From: Podospora anserina
Lineage: Eukaryota
Assembly: GCA_017654855.1 (NCBI GenBank)
Contig: CM030336.1
Coordinates: 3,906,001 to 3,970,000, forward strand
Length of the DNA: 64,000 nucleotides
Direction of reading: 5' to 3'
Below, piece by piece: positions 14,139 to 26,211 of the stretch. A model generated the notes under the pieces. That model had not been told where the DNA came from. It saw only the letters and a list, made by a program, of their open reading frames with translations, and did no database searches. Each line of letters opens with the position of its first letter. The first letter of the stretch is position 1. The position numbers and the translations under genes are program-made.

Positions 14139-15125
14139 GGTTGGGGATGTTTTTCTTTTCCGCCTGTCAACTGTAGCTGGGTAGGTATGTCGTCGACGGT
14201 ATGGTGGTGTCGCTTACGAAGCTCGCGCGCGCACGCAGACTGTCGGTATCGTCGTCGGTGGTGTATGTCCGGTCCACAAAATCAACCGCACTCTCCACCT
14301 GTTCTTTACACTTGTCGTTGTTGTCGTGGTCGTCGTCGGTAATAGTTTGCCTGGGCGCCTTGCGCAGCCTTATCCTAGTTGGTGTAGCAGTAGCCAAACG
14401 GGGGAAAACTCCTCTGACCGCAATCGGGCAGCTAACCAGCCAGCCAGCCTTGCTGTAACGCAGTGAGAAGTAAGTGCCAAAAGAGGGGGTCCAATCGGAC
14501 CAAAAGGGATTGGATGATTTGTCTCTGTAGAAATAGAGGGATTGGTTTGGGAGGGAGGGAGGGAATAAGTCCGGGCTTTTGCTATTATATGTATGGGGAG
14601 AGTGACACAACAGCTCAAGGGGACGGCCGGGGGAGGGAGTGGGAGCGGGAGAGCGAGGAGAGGGGGGTTCGTGTGATTGTTTCTGCTGTTGTTTCCACTT
14701 GAGGCTCCAACTCAACAACTTAAGGTAGTATCAAAGCTGACTCTGCCCAACGAGCAAACACTGAAGACTCTTTTATAGTCAACAAGACACCAACAAAAAG
14801 AAAAGAAGCTCGTTCCGGCATTTGTCTCCGTCAGCCGCACCCCATCTCCAGCTTCCATCGTGACCCAGACCAGTTCCTGCCCCTCGTTCTCCCAACCAAT
14901 CGCGTCGAGTGGGGAGCCCCACTTCGCCCCCGTTCAAGGAGTTCGCCCAACGGTTCGCTCCCCCCTGGTCAAACATAAACATCTGGCTGGGACGTCTGTG
15001 TAACATCACGAGTCCCGTCTATAGAGAATAGGGTTAGGGAAAGTCTTGATTCAATTCCTGCCAAATCAAGACTGGGTATCTTCTTTTGCCAGTACAAACA
15101 GCTCCCTACATACTCTTCTCTTGAA

Positions 15126-18100
15126 TTACCTCTTGCTGCTCTTCTCCTTCTTGGGCTTCTTGGCCTTGGAGTGTCCCTTCTCCTCACCACCATCCTCAAC
15201 AGCCTTGCGCTTTGTCTTGGTCTTGACGCTCACCGTCGTCCCTGACTTGCCGCTCTTGGCCGCCTTGAGCACCTGTTTCTCGGCATCCTTCCAGACTGTC
15301 TCGTCGTCTTCAATCTCATACCTTATGACAAGCATATTAGCAAACTGCAACCACCGACCGTTCGTTGGAAAATAAAACTCACTGATCCAAAGGCAAAGAA
15401 TCAATCATCTCCCTCTGCCTCTTCCTCAGCTCCGCAGCAGCCTCGTCCCCCGCCTCCTCCAACTCATCCTCCAAGCTCGTCTCCAACGGCACAAACTTGT
15501 TGTCCACCACCTCATCATCATGCACACCCGAAGCATTCTCCCTGCTCACCCCGAGCCTGCCCTGATCCGGCATCTCAGCCTCAATCGCGCCCGACACCAC
15601 CGAGCTCAAATGCGACACAATCTTCCTCATAATCTTGATGAAGATCGCCAGCAGCTGACTCGCCGGCAGGTTCAACTCATCCGCCACCACATCCACCTCC
15701 TTCCTCTGCAAACCAACCGCCAGCAAAATCGCCTGCTGCAGCCCACTGAGCTTGACATCCTTCAACTTACCGTTGAAGAACAAGTGGGCGATAGTAGGGA
15801 CAAGATCCAGCACAACGTGGTAATCAAGCAACCCATTCGAATACGACTCCAACCTCTTGTGGTCAAAAGGAGTGAGCACGTTATCCAGCTCGGCCTTGCT
15901 CAACTCCCCAGCCTTGGCTGACGGGTCCAACTCGGCACCCGCATGCGCGCTCTCCTCAATCGTCAACGCCAAGATGGAGGGGAACTCCCTAAACCTGTAA
16001 CTCAACAGCGACAAAAACCTCTTGTGGAAGTCATTCGCAAAAGCCCCCAGCCAAGTCGAGTCATTGCTGTCCTGCAACGGCCTGAGCATGACACAGGTGT
16101 GCTCACCCGTCAAGTCATTCGCCGTTTGCCTCAGGTAAACCGGAGCAAACTGTGACCTCTTCCAGAACTTGTGCAGCGGCTGCGTCAAACCGTAGCTCAC
16201 ACCGACATAGTCCAGTTTTTCCGGTCTCCTCTCTGCCAGTTTGGCAAACAGGGGAGGGAGCTCAGACATGTCTCTGACTTTGATGTCATCGAACAGACTG
16301 CCTCTCTCCAGCTCGGCACGCGTGACTCTTGGGGCGGCTTGGGCCATGGTCACATCGTCATCCTCGGACAGGTTGGCGAACTTGCCCTCGTAGTAGCTGA
16401 CCAACAACTCCAAAGCCTTGGAGCCATAGCCCATGGAGACGTAGTCGGGGTTGGTGGCGATACGGACAACGCGGGCGCCGGAGAGAGAGGCGAACTCGTC
16501 ATCTTGGAATTGTTGGGAGACCAGCCAGGGGATCAAATCACCGGCTGGCTGTGACCCTCTGGCCAAGCTGTTGAGGATGCTCTGTCTGCTGATTTTACCT
16601 TCCAGAGACACCTGGATGACGCACAGTGGTTCTGGCAGTCTCCCTTCCGAGATGGGTCCGGTAAGCACGAAAAGCTCGTGGGCGGGCGCATCAGACATGA
16701 GCTGAAGATCATTGGGTGAGTTCTTGTAGTGGGAAGCGACATAGAGCGCGACCATTTGCTGAAGGAAACGCTCTGAGACTGGGTGAAAAGAGAAGAGTGT
16801 GTCGCGGTTGACGTGGAGGAGCTCGCACTGAGAAGGGTCGGGGCAGCCCTGGGTGCTGAGTTTTGACCGGGGGAGTGTCGCATCGAGGCAGAGAAGGGTG
16901 TTGAGCCACTTTTCCACGCTGTCGCCCTGGGCGTAACGGATGGGTTCGGAGAGGGTGATCTCCTTGAGGGAGCGACCGCCAATACCGGCAGTTTCCTTGG
17001 CAGTCTTTCCGCTTGCTCTGTCTACCTCGGCAGTGCCAGATCCATTCGGGTTGCCACCAGTCATGGACTGTTCTCTGAGCTGCTTGATCAGCTTGAGCGA
17101 AAGCGACCGACCGGTACCTTCGTAACCGCTGACTGTCGAGGCCATGAAAACCAGGTAGGGGCCCATGAGCTTCTTGACAAGGGGAAGAGGAATAGCAGCC
17201 GCCTCATCGATAACCACCAGCTCGGCCTGTCCGAGAACGTGCGCATCCTGAGGGCGGAAGTATTGAATGGTTTGACGGTGATTTCTGTGAATGTTGACCC
17301 TGACGATCGCCTTGTTGAAATCTGGGTTCGTCGACTGGATGATCGAGTAATCGGCGTGGTCCTTGTAATCAAGCGCGTCGAATCCCTTGAACACAAACTC
17401 AAACAGTGTCTTCAAGTTTTCTGGTGATGGCGAAGTGATAAAGATATTGCTGTATCCATAGGCCACGGCCGCCGCAATGGCAACGCCCATCGCCGCAGAC
17501 TTTCCGCGACCACGCGCAGCCGTCAGCGTGACCGTGTTCCTGAGCGTCTTTTCCGCAATCGCATCGACGAACGTCAACAGGGCCTTCGCTTGGTCTGTTG
17601 TCTTCGCAAGCTTCACAAGCGACCCGATCGGCTGTGTATCCTGCAACGAATCCTTGATCTTCTCCAGCTCCAACTTCGTCTTGCTCAATGGCTCGTCCTC
17701 CTCCGGCGGTGGCAGCGCCTTCACCCCCTTTCCTCCGGAAATTGGCAACACGTTCAACTCGTCATCGATGACCAGGCACGAATCGCAGCTCCCGAGCGAA
17801 AGGATAAACCTCTCGTTAAACCTCGCCACAACATCATCGTGCGCCTCGGTCCTGTATCTCGAGTGGACATCCATAGACATGGTGTAGAGCTGCTTCAGGG
17901 AGTTCATCCCCTTGAGCAGCAAAACAACCAGACCACCACCCTCGACCGTCTCGATCGTCCTGGCGAGAATATTCGGCGTCATGGCCTCGAAGTCTTGGAG
18001 GATCAACATGCCGTAGGTGTTGCCGAGGATCTTCTCGGTCTCCTTGTAGTAGACATATCGGATATCGTTGAGAGAGATGAACAGCTCGAATGGGTCCTCG

Positions 18101-18445
18101 GAGTTGGCCTCTCTTATCCCGCGCTTGATTTCCTTCTTGATCTTGTTCTCTCGCTTCTTTCGGTGGGAGGTGAAGCCGAGGAGCTTGTTCTTGTAGGCCC
18201 AGAGCACCTGCTTGTTGTGCCTCACCTCCATGCTGGACATGATGTAGTAGAGGTGGACGATGGCATCTTTGGCGTGGTCGCCGACGACGACGAAGAAGGA
18301 GCGCTTCTTCTCTTGGAGGCCATTGCGGATCAGTGTTGGGATTCGGGAGTCTCTGTGAGGCAGAAATGTCAATTGATACTGGTCGAGATGAGCGATGTAG
18401 GCCAAGAGAAGGTAAGAGAACATACACTACTTTTTGGGTCGTCAT
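15126..18445 (-). CDS. kre33: RNA cytidine acetyltransferase Kre33/NAT10; introns 18353-18425 and 15322-15382
   Basis: MTTQKVV|DSRIPTLIRNG...RSFFVVVGD, Walker A TAARGRGKSAA, VIDEAAAIP, GYEGTGRSLSLKL, ASHYKNSPNDLQ and GNAT motif RVVRIATNPDYVSMGYGSKA. Lys-rich last exon. Confidence 0.97.
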
Positions 18446-19312
18446 TGTCGCGGCTTTCTTCTTTGCGAATTGGGCCTTGGACAAATTTGGAGAGGGACCC
18501 AAGTTTGCGACAAGCTGCAGGTGCTGGGAGCTCTCAATTATTTTTCGTTCTGCCCGGCGGTGAGTCGCCAAGAAGTCTTATCGGCTTATCAACCATGGGG
18601 GCTCCACAGTGAGCTGCACTAGCGCGGTTCATCAATTGACTTCGCGATTTCCTAATTGGGACGGCGAGGTCAGTGATGACTGACTCTTGAGTTGTGCTTG
18701 GGAGGTGTGATTGCCAGGACCTGGGAGAAAGTTGCTTGAGCGAGAGAATTATATTGGATTAAGGCGGATAAGTGTAGTGACAGGTAAATATTCAAGATAT
18801 TCCATTTTCTCCCTTTTCTGTACCACGCTGCTACCGCGCTGCTGTTGCCCTATTGCCGGACAAACATCGCACCCGGTGCAACGAGCCGTGGCCTGGGGGC
18901 AAGCTTCGGTGGACGCGCCACAGGGTGTTTTAGCACCGTCTCCTGCTTCCACTCTGCAGCAAGTAGCCATCGGTGCTCCAAGTGGTGTCAAGTTAGCATA
19001 GCAGTCTGAAGCGTTCGTTCCTGGAACCGAGCACACCCACCCCCTTGGTCGCAGCACACAAGTCTCGATCTGATTGCTGGTCTTGTTCACAAAACAATAG
19101 GGTAGCTTAAGTGCCTGCTTCCCAACGGCATACTCCGGCAAAACCCGCAATCAGATTCAGAATCAGGCATATAACGTTCAAGGTGGCTGGTGTGCCTATA
19201 GGGGCCCCCGTGCGGCGGTCAGGCTGAAGGTCTCGGTTCAAGTCCGAGATTGGGCACCACCTTTTTGTTTTCATTTTCTGGTTTTCCAACATCAACTCCG
19301 TAACCAGCCTTG

Positions 19313-20000
19313 TCATTCTGAAACCCCCTTCCGGTAGGCCTTTTTGGAAGAATGGTGCTTTTTGGTTTTTATCCTGGTCTCTGTGGCGCTCTTCTTCCTG
19401 TCACGGGATCAGTATCTAGGTAGCAAAGACTGGGAGATGGATGCTACACACAGTGCTTCATATTTGGCAGCTTTTTCTGGCCGTGTTGCGTTTGGCACGG
19501 TGGCTTCATACAGCTGCTGGAGCTCGTCAAACAGCTTCTGTCGGTTTTCTTCCGAGTTGGCAGTGCGGCTTCTCTGGGTCTGGGCCTGGAAAACCAGAGA
19601 GTCACTCCGCTTGGAAAAGTATTTGGATTCCCTAACACCAGCATGTAGCAGTTTGGGGAGTCTGGATAGTAGCTGTGGAACAGGCCATGTGGTTGTTGCT
19701 TTTGTTTCCGTCCTGCCCAGACAGTCAACAAGCTGAGGCTCGACACACCGGTGGCAGATGCACAAACTTATTCACGTGTTGGCCGCCAGGACCGGATGAG
19801 CGGGCAAACGATGTGTTGCCTTCTGGAAGACTGTCAATCTTGAATGACTGGTGCCATCTCCGGGCTTCACTAAGCTGCTCTTCGTCAAAAGATGCGTCGA
19901 AAGCCTGATGTCTAATGAATCGCGGGAATGGTGGTACTGACACCCAGCGACTTCCTGAAAACAGGAGGTTTAATGGCTGAGGTCTACGAAGCAGCGACAT
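19313..20000 (-). CDS. Mitochondrial peptidyl-tRNA hydrolase, ICT1/PTH4-like (RF-1 GGQ domain); introns about 19713-19767 and 19398-19451
   Basis: FARSSGPGGQHVNK|TETKA, QAQTQRSRTANSEEN and a basic C-terminal tail RIKTKKHHSSKKAYRKG. Presequence-like N-terminus MSLLRRPQPLNLLF. Confidence 0.9.
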
Positions 20001-20574
20001 TCTTTGATGGATGCTGTTGTTATTGATTGAGGAATGCAAACAATGAAAGACAATCCATTCATTGGTCGTTGTTGTGCTGAAGAACCCCACTCCCACTTCA
20101 ACCCTGAACGGCAGGTCACGCCAAGCAACCCTAAGCTCGGGTGGGGCTTTTGATCGAGAATTTTCTTCCTCCTGCAAATAATAATATGTTTTATCTCCTC
20201 TCAGCCTTGCGCTTGCAACTGCCCCAGGCTCCTCCATCATCGAAAGTGACTGCGAGCTTGTGACGGGTCCCCAGTCGGCGTTCTTTTTGCAAACCTTCAT
20301 CCGCCACCACAAAAAATATCACAAAACCAGAACCAGTCGCTTTCTCCCCTCTCTCACTCTGTGCATCCAGTCAGTCATCATCCATCCATCGCCAGACAAG
20401 ATCCATCGCCAAAATCCCCCGTCTACAGTCCACACAACAAAACTTTAAAGTCCACCCACGTCTCTTCTTCCAACCCAAGCCTTCCCCGTTCCTTCTTACC
20501 TCCACCTCTCACGTCTCTGCGCCAAACTTATTCGGCTTTTTCTCTTTCTTTTTCTGATCTCTCTGGTCCCACGT

Positions 20575-20617
20575 CCGCATCCCGCATCCCGCGTCCCGCA
20601 TCCCGCATCCCGCATCC
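20575..20617 (+). repeat. 7-bp tandem repeat (CCGCATC)x6 immediately upstream of the nab3 ATG
   Basis: ccgcatc ccgcatc ccgcgtc ccgcatc ccgcatc ccgcatc seen directly. Confidence 0.9.
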
Positions 20618-20623
20618 CCCTTG

Positions 20624-23184
20624 ATGTCGGAACAGTCGCCCGAAATTGTGGCCGCCGCCAGTCTGAGTCCCCTCTCGCCCAAGCCCATCTCTGTCCAGAT
20701 CCAGAGCAATTCTGTGGTGCCCATGCTCCAGGACCAAGCAGCTACCACTGACACAGCCATGTCCGGCATCATCGTGGATCCCGGTCTAGAGACTTCGGAT
20801 GTCCCTGCGCCAGTCTCCGATACTATCGTAGTGGCCGGTGACTCGTCAGACTTCCCCGATGATAGCGACGGCAGCATTGACTACGGTGAAGAGGACGAGG
20901 CCGCCGAGAAGCCCTCTGCCACCTCTGACGGTGCTGCCGATGCTCCTCCCGACAATGATGAGTATGCAAGAAGCTTTGATTCGCCTGTCGACCCCCAGAG
21001 CTCGAGTAGCGAGGCTGGCGCTGGCGAGCCTCAGCCTGATGTATCAGAGGCTGCCGCTTCCAATTCCATGAATGACCAAGTCACATCTGCACCTGCTCAA
21101 GCTCCAGCTCCAGCTGTCATTGCCCACCATGAAGATCGCCTTCCTCCACCCGCATCGTCGACAGCAACCCAGCCTAATGTCAACAGCTGGCCAACGCTCA
21201 CATCCATTGAGAATGAGCCACCTTCCCAGTCCAGCGGCCCCGAAACTTCCAGTCCATCAGACGCACCGACGTCCACCCCCAACAACAAGTCCGCTGCTGC
21301 ATCTGCTGAGGCCGCTGACATCCAAAAGCTGGTAGACGACATCACTGCTCGAGCCACTGCTACTGCCACGTCTGCAGATACCCCAGCATCCGTATCCGCC
21401 CCTTTGATTTCAGGCCCCCTTCCCCCATCACTGCCCCCCAAGCCATTATTATCGGCTCAACCACATGCCTATCAGCCACGTGGTCCCAATCCCACGCACA
21501 ACCACAACCACCCGTTAGGACCTTATAGACATTCGCTTGACTCCATGGAGCCACCAGCCTCGGCTCCTGGAGCGACTGGCGCGGGTTACGCAGCCTCCTT
21601 CTCCAACCATGCCTGGGATACCTTCGTTAACGACGAGAGGACGTATACCTCGGAACAAAACTGGGATAGGTTCCCCGAAGGCGCCCGTATCTTTGTCGGT
21701 ATGTTAGCCCCGATGTTGCTGGTGTCCATAGGCCGACTGACAAATGTGTATAGGCAATCTCTCCAGCGATCGGGTATCAAAGAAGGAGGTGTTCGCCGTG
21801 TTCAGCAAGTACGGCAGACTAGCGCAGATTTCCATGAAGAGCGCCTATGGTTTTGTGCAGTACCACAACGTTTCTGAAGCCCAGGCCGCACTGGAGGCAT
21901 GTCAGGACATGGAGCTTGGTGGCCGCCGTATTCGTGAGTGTGCCCTTGTCTCCACGAAAAACCATCTCTTAACTAACCTGTTACACAGACCTCGAAATAT
22001 CCCGTCGTCAAAAGAAAAAGGGTGGAGATGACAGAGGGCACTCGCCAGATCGACGTGGTGGTCCTCGTGGCATGACAAATGACAGGCTCGACTTGAACAA
22101 CCAGCCGAGAGACCCTGGTTGGAAGAGAACCAATGACCACCGCCGCTCCGCCTCGCCCCGCCGAGACGACCCTCGCGGCTTCTATGCTCGAGATCGCGAC
22201 AACGGTCCAATGTCACACGACCGTCGCCGGTCCCGGTCGCCCCGGCGCAGCCGTTTTGGCAGTGAATCCTACAGACGAAGAAGTCCCAGTCCACATCGCC
22301 GCACCCCCTCGGATGTAGACCGCCTCGACATCCCTCGCCGCTACGGCAATGATGTTCCAGACGTCCAGATCCTGCTCCTCCAAGATCTGGACCGGCCCTT
22401 TGTTGACTGGGTACAGAACGCTCTCCATGCCCATGGCCTCAAGACAGCCGTGATGCATCTCAACCCTCGCTTTCCCCGCAATACAATCGTGCAGCGCCAG
22501 GTGCTCGAAGGTGTTCATGCCATTATTGACCTAGACCAGACATCCCGTGACTCGGGATTGATATCACTGCAACTGTTCATCCGCAACACAGGCAAGGGGA
22601 GCAATATCCGGTTTGAGAATTACAACTCGCTGAACCCGGAACTGGCGGGTGGGCTGGTCATGAGGGAGAAGACGAGAGTCGTGCATGCTCCTCCACCACC
22701 TCCACCGCCCCATGTCGCGGCATATCCTCCAACTTACCAGCCTCCTCCTGTTGCTGCTCCCACTGCTCCTTATCAGAGTCCCATTGTTCCACCGCCTGCC
22801 ACCGGATATCAGAGCTATCCTCCAGCGTCATCCATTCCACAAGCTGCTCCTGCTCCTCCTGCTACGCCTATTGATAATGATTATTTGAGGTCTCTGTTGA
22901 CCGGTCTCCAAACCCAGCAGCAGTCGCAACAGCAGACTGCTGCTGCCAGGGCACCTGCTCCACAGATTGATATCAATGCGTTGCTTGGGTCTTTGCAGGG
23001 TGGTGTACCGCAGCAAGCACCACCGCAACAGTATGGGGTGCCACAACCACCACAGTTCCAGGGAGCGGCAGGGTACTACGGCGGTGGGCAGAATGCGGTT
23101 GCACCGACGCCGGTGGCATTGGGGAACAATGCGCATATTCAGAACATTATGGAGAATCTCAAGAGGGCTTCGGGGAGTAAGTAG
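20624..23184 (+). CDS. nab3: Nab3-like RRM RNA-binding protein with an RS/RD-rich linker and an NCOA5-like C-terminal domain; introns 21699-21753 and 21934-21988
   Basis: Acidic N-terminus. WDRFPEGARIFVGNLSSDRVSK...YGRLAQISMKSAYGFVQY (RRM), RRSRSPRR repeats, PDVQILLLQDLDRPFVDWV domain and P/Q-rich tail ending IQNIMENL. Confidence 0.85.
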
Positions 23185-23341
23185 GGTGGCGTTGCTGCGA
23201 GGGGGGGGGTGAGTGGGCTCGAACTCTGTTGATGATGGGTATACTGTAGCGATCAGCGTAATGAATACAATTTTAAGACAACATGAGTACCAATGCTGCA
23301 TTCTCCCTGCTACAAACGTCCAGAACCGCACTGCTTGTCCC

Positions 23342-23625
23342 GCCTCAAAAGATAATCAATAGGCATTTAAAGATAGTCGATCTGCTTTGAAACATTGACT
23401 ATCTCCAAAGGCATGTTAACTATGTTTTGGAGCCTATAAACTATTTCTCAAGGCCTATTATCTATCTTTTAAGGGCCTATTATCTATCTTTTAAAGGGCC
23501 TATTATCTATCTTTTAAAGGGCCTATTAACTATCTGTTAAGGGCCTATCATCTATCTTTTAAGGGCCTATTCACTATCTCTAAAGGCCTTTAAAGATAGG
23601 TAACAAGCCTCAAAAGATACCTAGT
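23342..23625. repeat. AT-rich 21-23 bp minisatellite (consensus CCTATTATCTATCTTTTAA[A]GGG), about 9 direct units flanked by inverted units
   Basis: Three near-identical units at about 23454-23521, degenerate units on both sides, and reverse-complement units at about 23342-23380 and 23587-23625. Confidence 0.9.
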
Positions 23626-23844
23626 TAATGCGCACTCTCGCTATCCCTTGAACCTATTCACCATCTTGGAACACCTATTCCTTTGGAACAAAAGGTATGA
23701 ATTAAAGAATCACCACACGTTATACTGATTTCTGTAGTGCTAGGTAATTATAAAGATCTAGAGCGTGCTAAGGTATCAAAATGGTTATTTTTATTTTATT
23801 TTTAATTTCCAAAAGACCAGACATCCAGACATTCCGGTAATCGC

Positions 23845-25797
23845 CTAAGCACCAACAGTAACCGTCACCGTCTCCCGCACCTGCTCCGTCACTGTCTCCC
23901 TCTCCGTCACTGTGACCGTTGCCTCTTTCTCCTGCCCTCCGTTTGCCACGTCTGGGATTGTTGTTGTTGTTGTTGTTATTGTTGTTGGCTCGGGAATAGG
24001 AGTGGGAGTGGCGGTGGCGGTGGCGGTGGTGATGATGGTGGTGGTGTCCTCGATAGGAATAACCGACAATCTTGTCCTCGTCGTTGTTGTGGTTGGAATC
24101 GGCTCAGGAGTGGGAAAGATGATCGGGGGAGGGGTGGCTGATGTTTGGAGGGGTTCGCTCTCGACAGGCGCGGGGAGGAAGGGCTCGACGCTTGGGGGGT
24201 TGGTTGTTGTGGGGAGGGGGATAATGGTCTCGTCGAGTTGGGGGAAGCGGGGGGTTGGGCTGAGGGTGAGGGTCATGGTTATTGTTTCTGAGGTCAGGTC
24301 GATGGTGGCAGTTTTGGTGATGGCGGTTGTGAGGGGGGTTGTTTCGGTTTGGATGGGAGCTTCCCCTGTTTGGGTGACTGTCTCGATGCCGGCCGAGATC
24401 GTGATGGTTGCTGTGCTGGTGATGGGTTGTGCTGGTGACTCTGTGGGGGTAGTATCGACGTCTGTTTCGGTGACTGTTCCGACGCCGGAAGAGACTGTGA
24501 TGGTTGCTGTTGCGGTGAATGTATCCGCTGGTGTGCTCGAGGCAGGTGCAGTGGTTGCGGGAGGAGTGGAAGGGGCATCGCTTGGGAGATTGGGGATCAT
24601 ATCCGCTGGCACAATTCCCAAGGTCTCCTGCGCCAGATCAGGATCGACGCACCCGATGATGACGCCGTTGACGGTATTGTTCAGGGGCATGGCGAAGCAG
24701 GCTGTGCCGGAGGGGCACTCGCGCTGAAGCTCAAAGTTGTTTCCATTCTCGGAGCACTTCACGACGTTGTGGTTGACGCAGGCGGCCTGTCCTACGCTGC
24801 AGGCGGTGGACATGGTGGTTTCTGAGAAGATGGTGTTGTACTCCTGGGCTAGGGCAATGTTGTTTCTGAACTCATTGGTGGGGATGCTTGCGGTCGCGGT
24901 TGGGAGGTTGGTGATGGCGGTGGGAATGGCGGTGTTGGGCTCGCCGGTGACGGTGACGTTGGCGGTTGAGGTGGCCGGTGTTGATGCGGTTTCGGCAGGG
25001 AGAGTGCTAGTAGCACCAGTCTCTGTCGGGCTGCTTGTGAGGTCGGCGGGTTCGGTAGTAGCGGTGCTGGTGAGATCAGTACTAGCAGTCCCAGTCGCGG
25101 TGGCCGATGGAGTAAGAAAGGAGGAAACAATCAGCGGCGTGCTTGAAGTTGGCAACGGCTTTGATGTCTCAACGGAGGTCTCCGTCTCACTGGCGAGGCT
25201 CGTGGCGGGCGTGGATGTTTCGACTAGAGAGGTCTCGAGGGAAGCAGTCGCGGTCTCCGATGTCTCCGCTGTTGAAGTCTCGACAGTCGAAGTTTCAGCA
25301 TTAGAGGTCTCAGTCGCAAGAGTCTCGGTGGCAGTAACCTCCCCCACCGATGTCTCACCCACAGAACTCTCCACCCCCGAACTCGCAATCGAGCTGACTG
25401 TAGCCCCAGGTAAGCCCGTCACCGTCGCCTCAGCAGTAGAAGTCTCCAACCCCGCCCCGGCGCTCGTCTCCGGCGCCCCAACCAACGGCAGCGTAACCTG
25501 GCTCACCAAACTCCTCGTCGTTGTAGTAGGTACAGCCTCCTCAACCTCCGTCACCGTCGTCTCCGGCACAATCGTCGTCACAACCGTCGTCTCGATGTTC
25601 GTACGCGTCGTGATCACCGGCCCCCCAACGGTAGTATTAAACTGCCTCGCCCACTTCATCCTCCCCACCCCCTCCTCCTCCCCCACCGTCCTCCTCCCCT
25701 GATACCCATTCCCATTCGATCCCCTCCTCCACTTAAGAGGACCGGCCTCTGCAACCGACCCCAAAAGCAGCGATATTAATGTTGTTGTAAGGCGCAT
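23845..25797 (-). CDS. Secreted Thr/Ser/Pro-rich (mucin-like) protein with a central Cys-rich CBM19-like chitin-binding module
   Basis: Signal peptide MRLTTTLISLLLGSVAEA. The module CSVGQAACVNHNVVKC...CPSGTACFAMPL...GVIIGC is flanked by long T/S-rich tracts. The ORF extension upstream of 25797 is microsatellite read-through. Confidence 0.85.
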   Translation of the reverse strand: MRLTTTLISLLLGSVAEAGPLKWRRGSNGNGYQGRRTVGEEEGVGRMKWARQFNTTVGGPVITTRTNIETTVVTTIVPETTVTEVEEAVPTTTTRSLVSQVTLPLVGAPETSAGAGLETSTAEATVTGLPGATVSSIASSGVESSVGETSVGEVTATETLATETSNAETSTVETSTAETSETATASLETSLVETSTPATSLASETETSVETSKPLPTSSTPLIVSSFLTPSATATGTASTDLTSTATTEPADLTSSPTETGATSTLPAETASTPATSTANVTVTGEPNTAIPTAITNLPTATASIPTNEFRNNIALAQEYNTIFSETTMSTACSVGQAACVNHNVVKCSENGNNFELQRECPSGTACFAMPLNNTVNGVIIGCVDPDLAQETLGIVPADMIPNLPSDAPSTPPATTAPASSTPADTFTATATITVSSGVGTVTETDVDTTPTESPAQPITSTATITISAGIETVTQTGEAPIQTETTPLTTAITKTATIDLTSETITMTLTLSPTPRFPQLDETIIPLPTTTNPPSVEPFLPAPVESEPLQTSATPPPIIFPTPEPIPTTTTTRTRLSVIPIEDTTTIITTATATATPTPIPEPTTITTTTTTIPDVANGGQEKEATVTVTERETVTEQVRETVTVTVGA

Positions 25798-26069
25798 GTT
25801 TGCTTTGCTTTCGAACCAAAGGAAAAGTGTATAAAAAAAGAAGAAGAAAAAAGAGAGATGTAGGACCAGCCTAGAAAAATCCGTTATGCTATGTAGCAAA
25901 GAGAGGTCTCGTTCTTGATGGGAAGATGTGCTGAAACAGAAAAAATGATAAAGATATATGCCACGCAAGTGATGATGATAGACAAAAGATGAAAAAGATG
26001 ACAACAAAAGAGATGTTTGCCAACTGGCAAGGATATTGGGAGTTGATCGACAAGAGAGAAAAGGAAAAG

Positions 26070-26072
<3 letters not shown>

Positions 26073-26112
<40 letters not shown>

Positions 26113-26174
26113 ACAAGGGATAAAGAAGAGAAAGAGAGGGTATGACGTGCGGGAGAGAAATGTATAAGAGATGG

Positions 26175-26207
<33 letters not shown>
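26073..26207. repeat. (TG)n microsatellite (about 26073-26110) and complementary (CA)n microsatellite (about 26180-26207)
   Basis: Seen directly. The two tracts are inverted complements about 70 nt apart. Confidence 0.95.

Positions 26208-26211
<4 letters not shown>

Noticed and set aside
15029-15040. TAGGGTTAGGGA telomere-like sequence
   Set aside because: Fewer than two full repeats, located in the kre33 3' region. This is compatible with chance.
23342-23625. CRISPR-like interpretation of the 22-bp repeats
   Set aside because: The units are contiguous with no unique spacers, the context is eukaryotic, and there are no cas genes.
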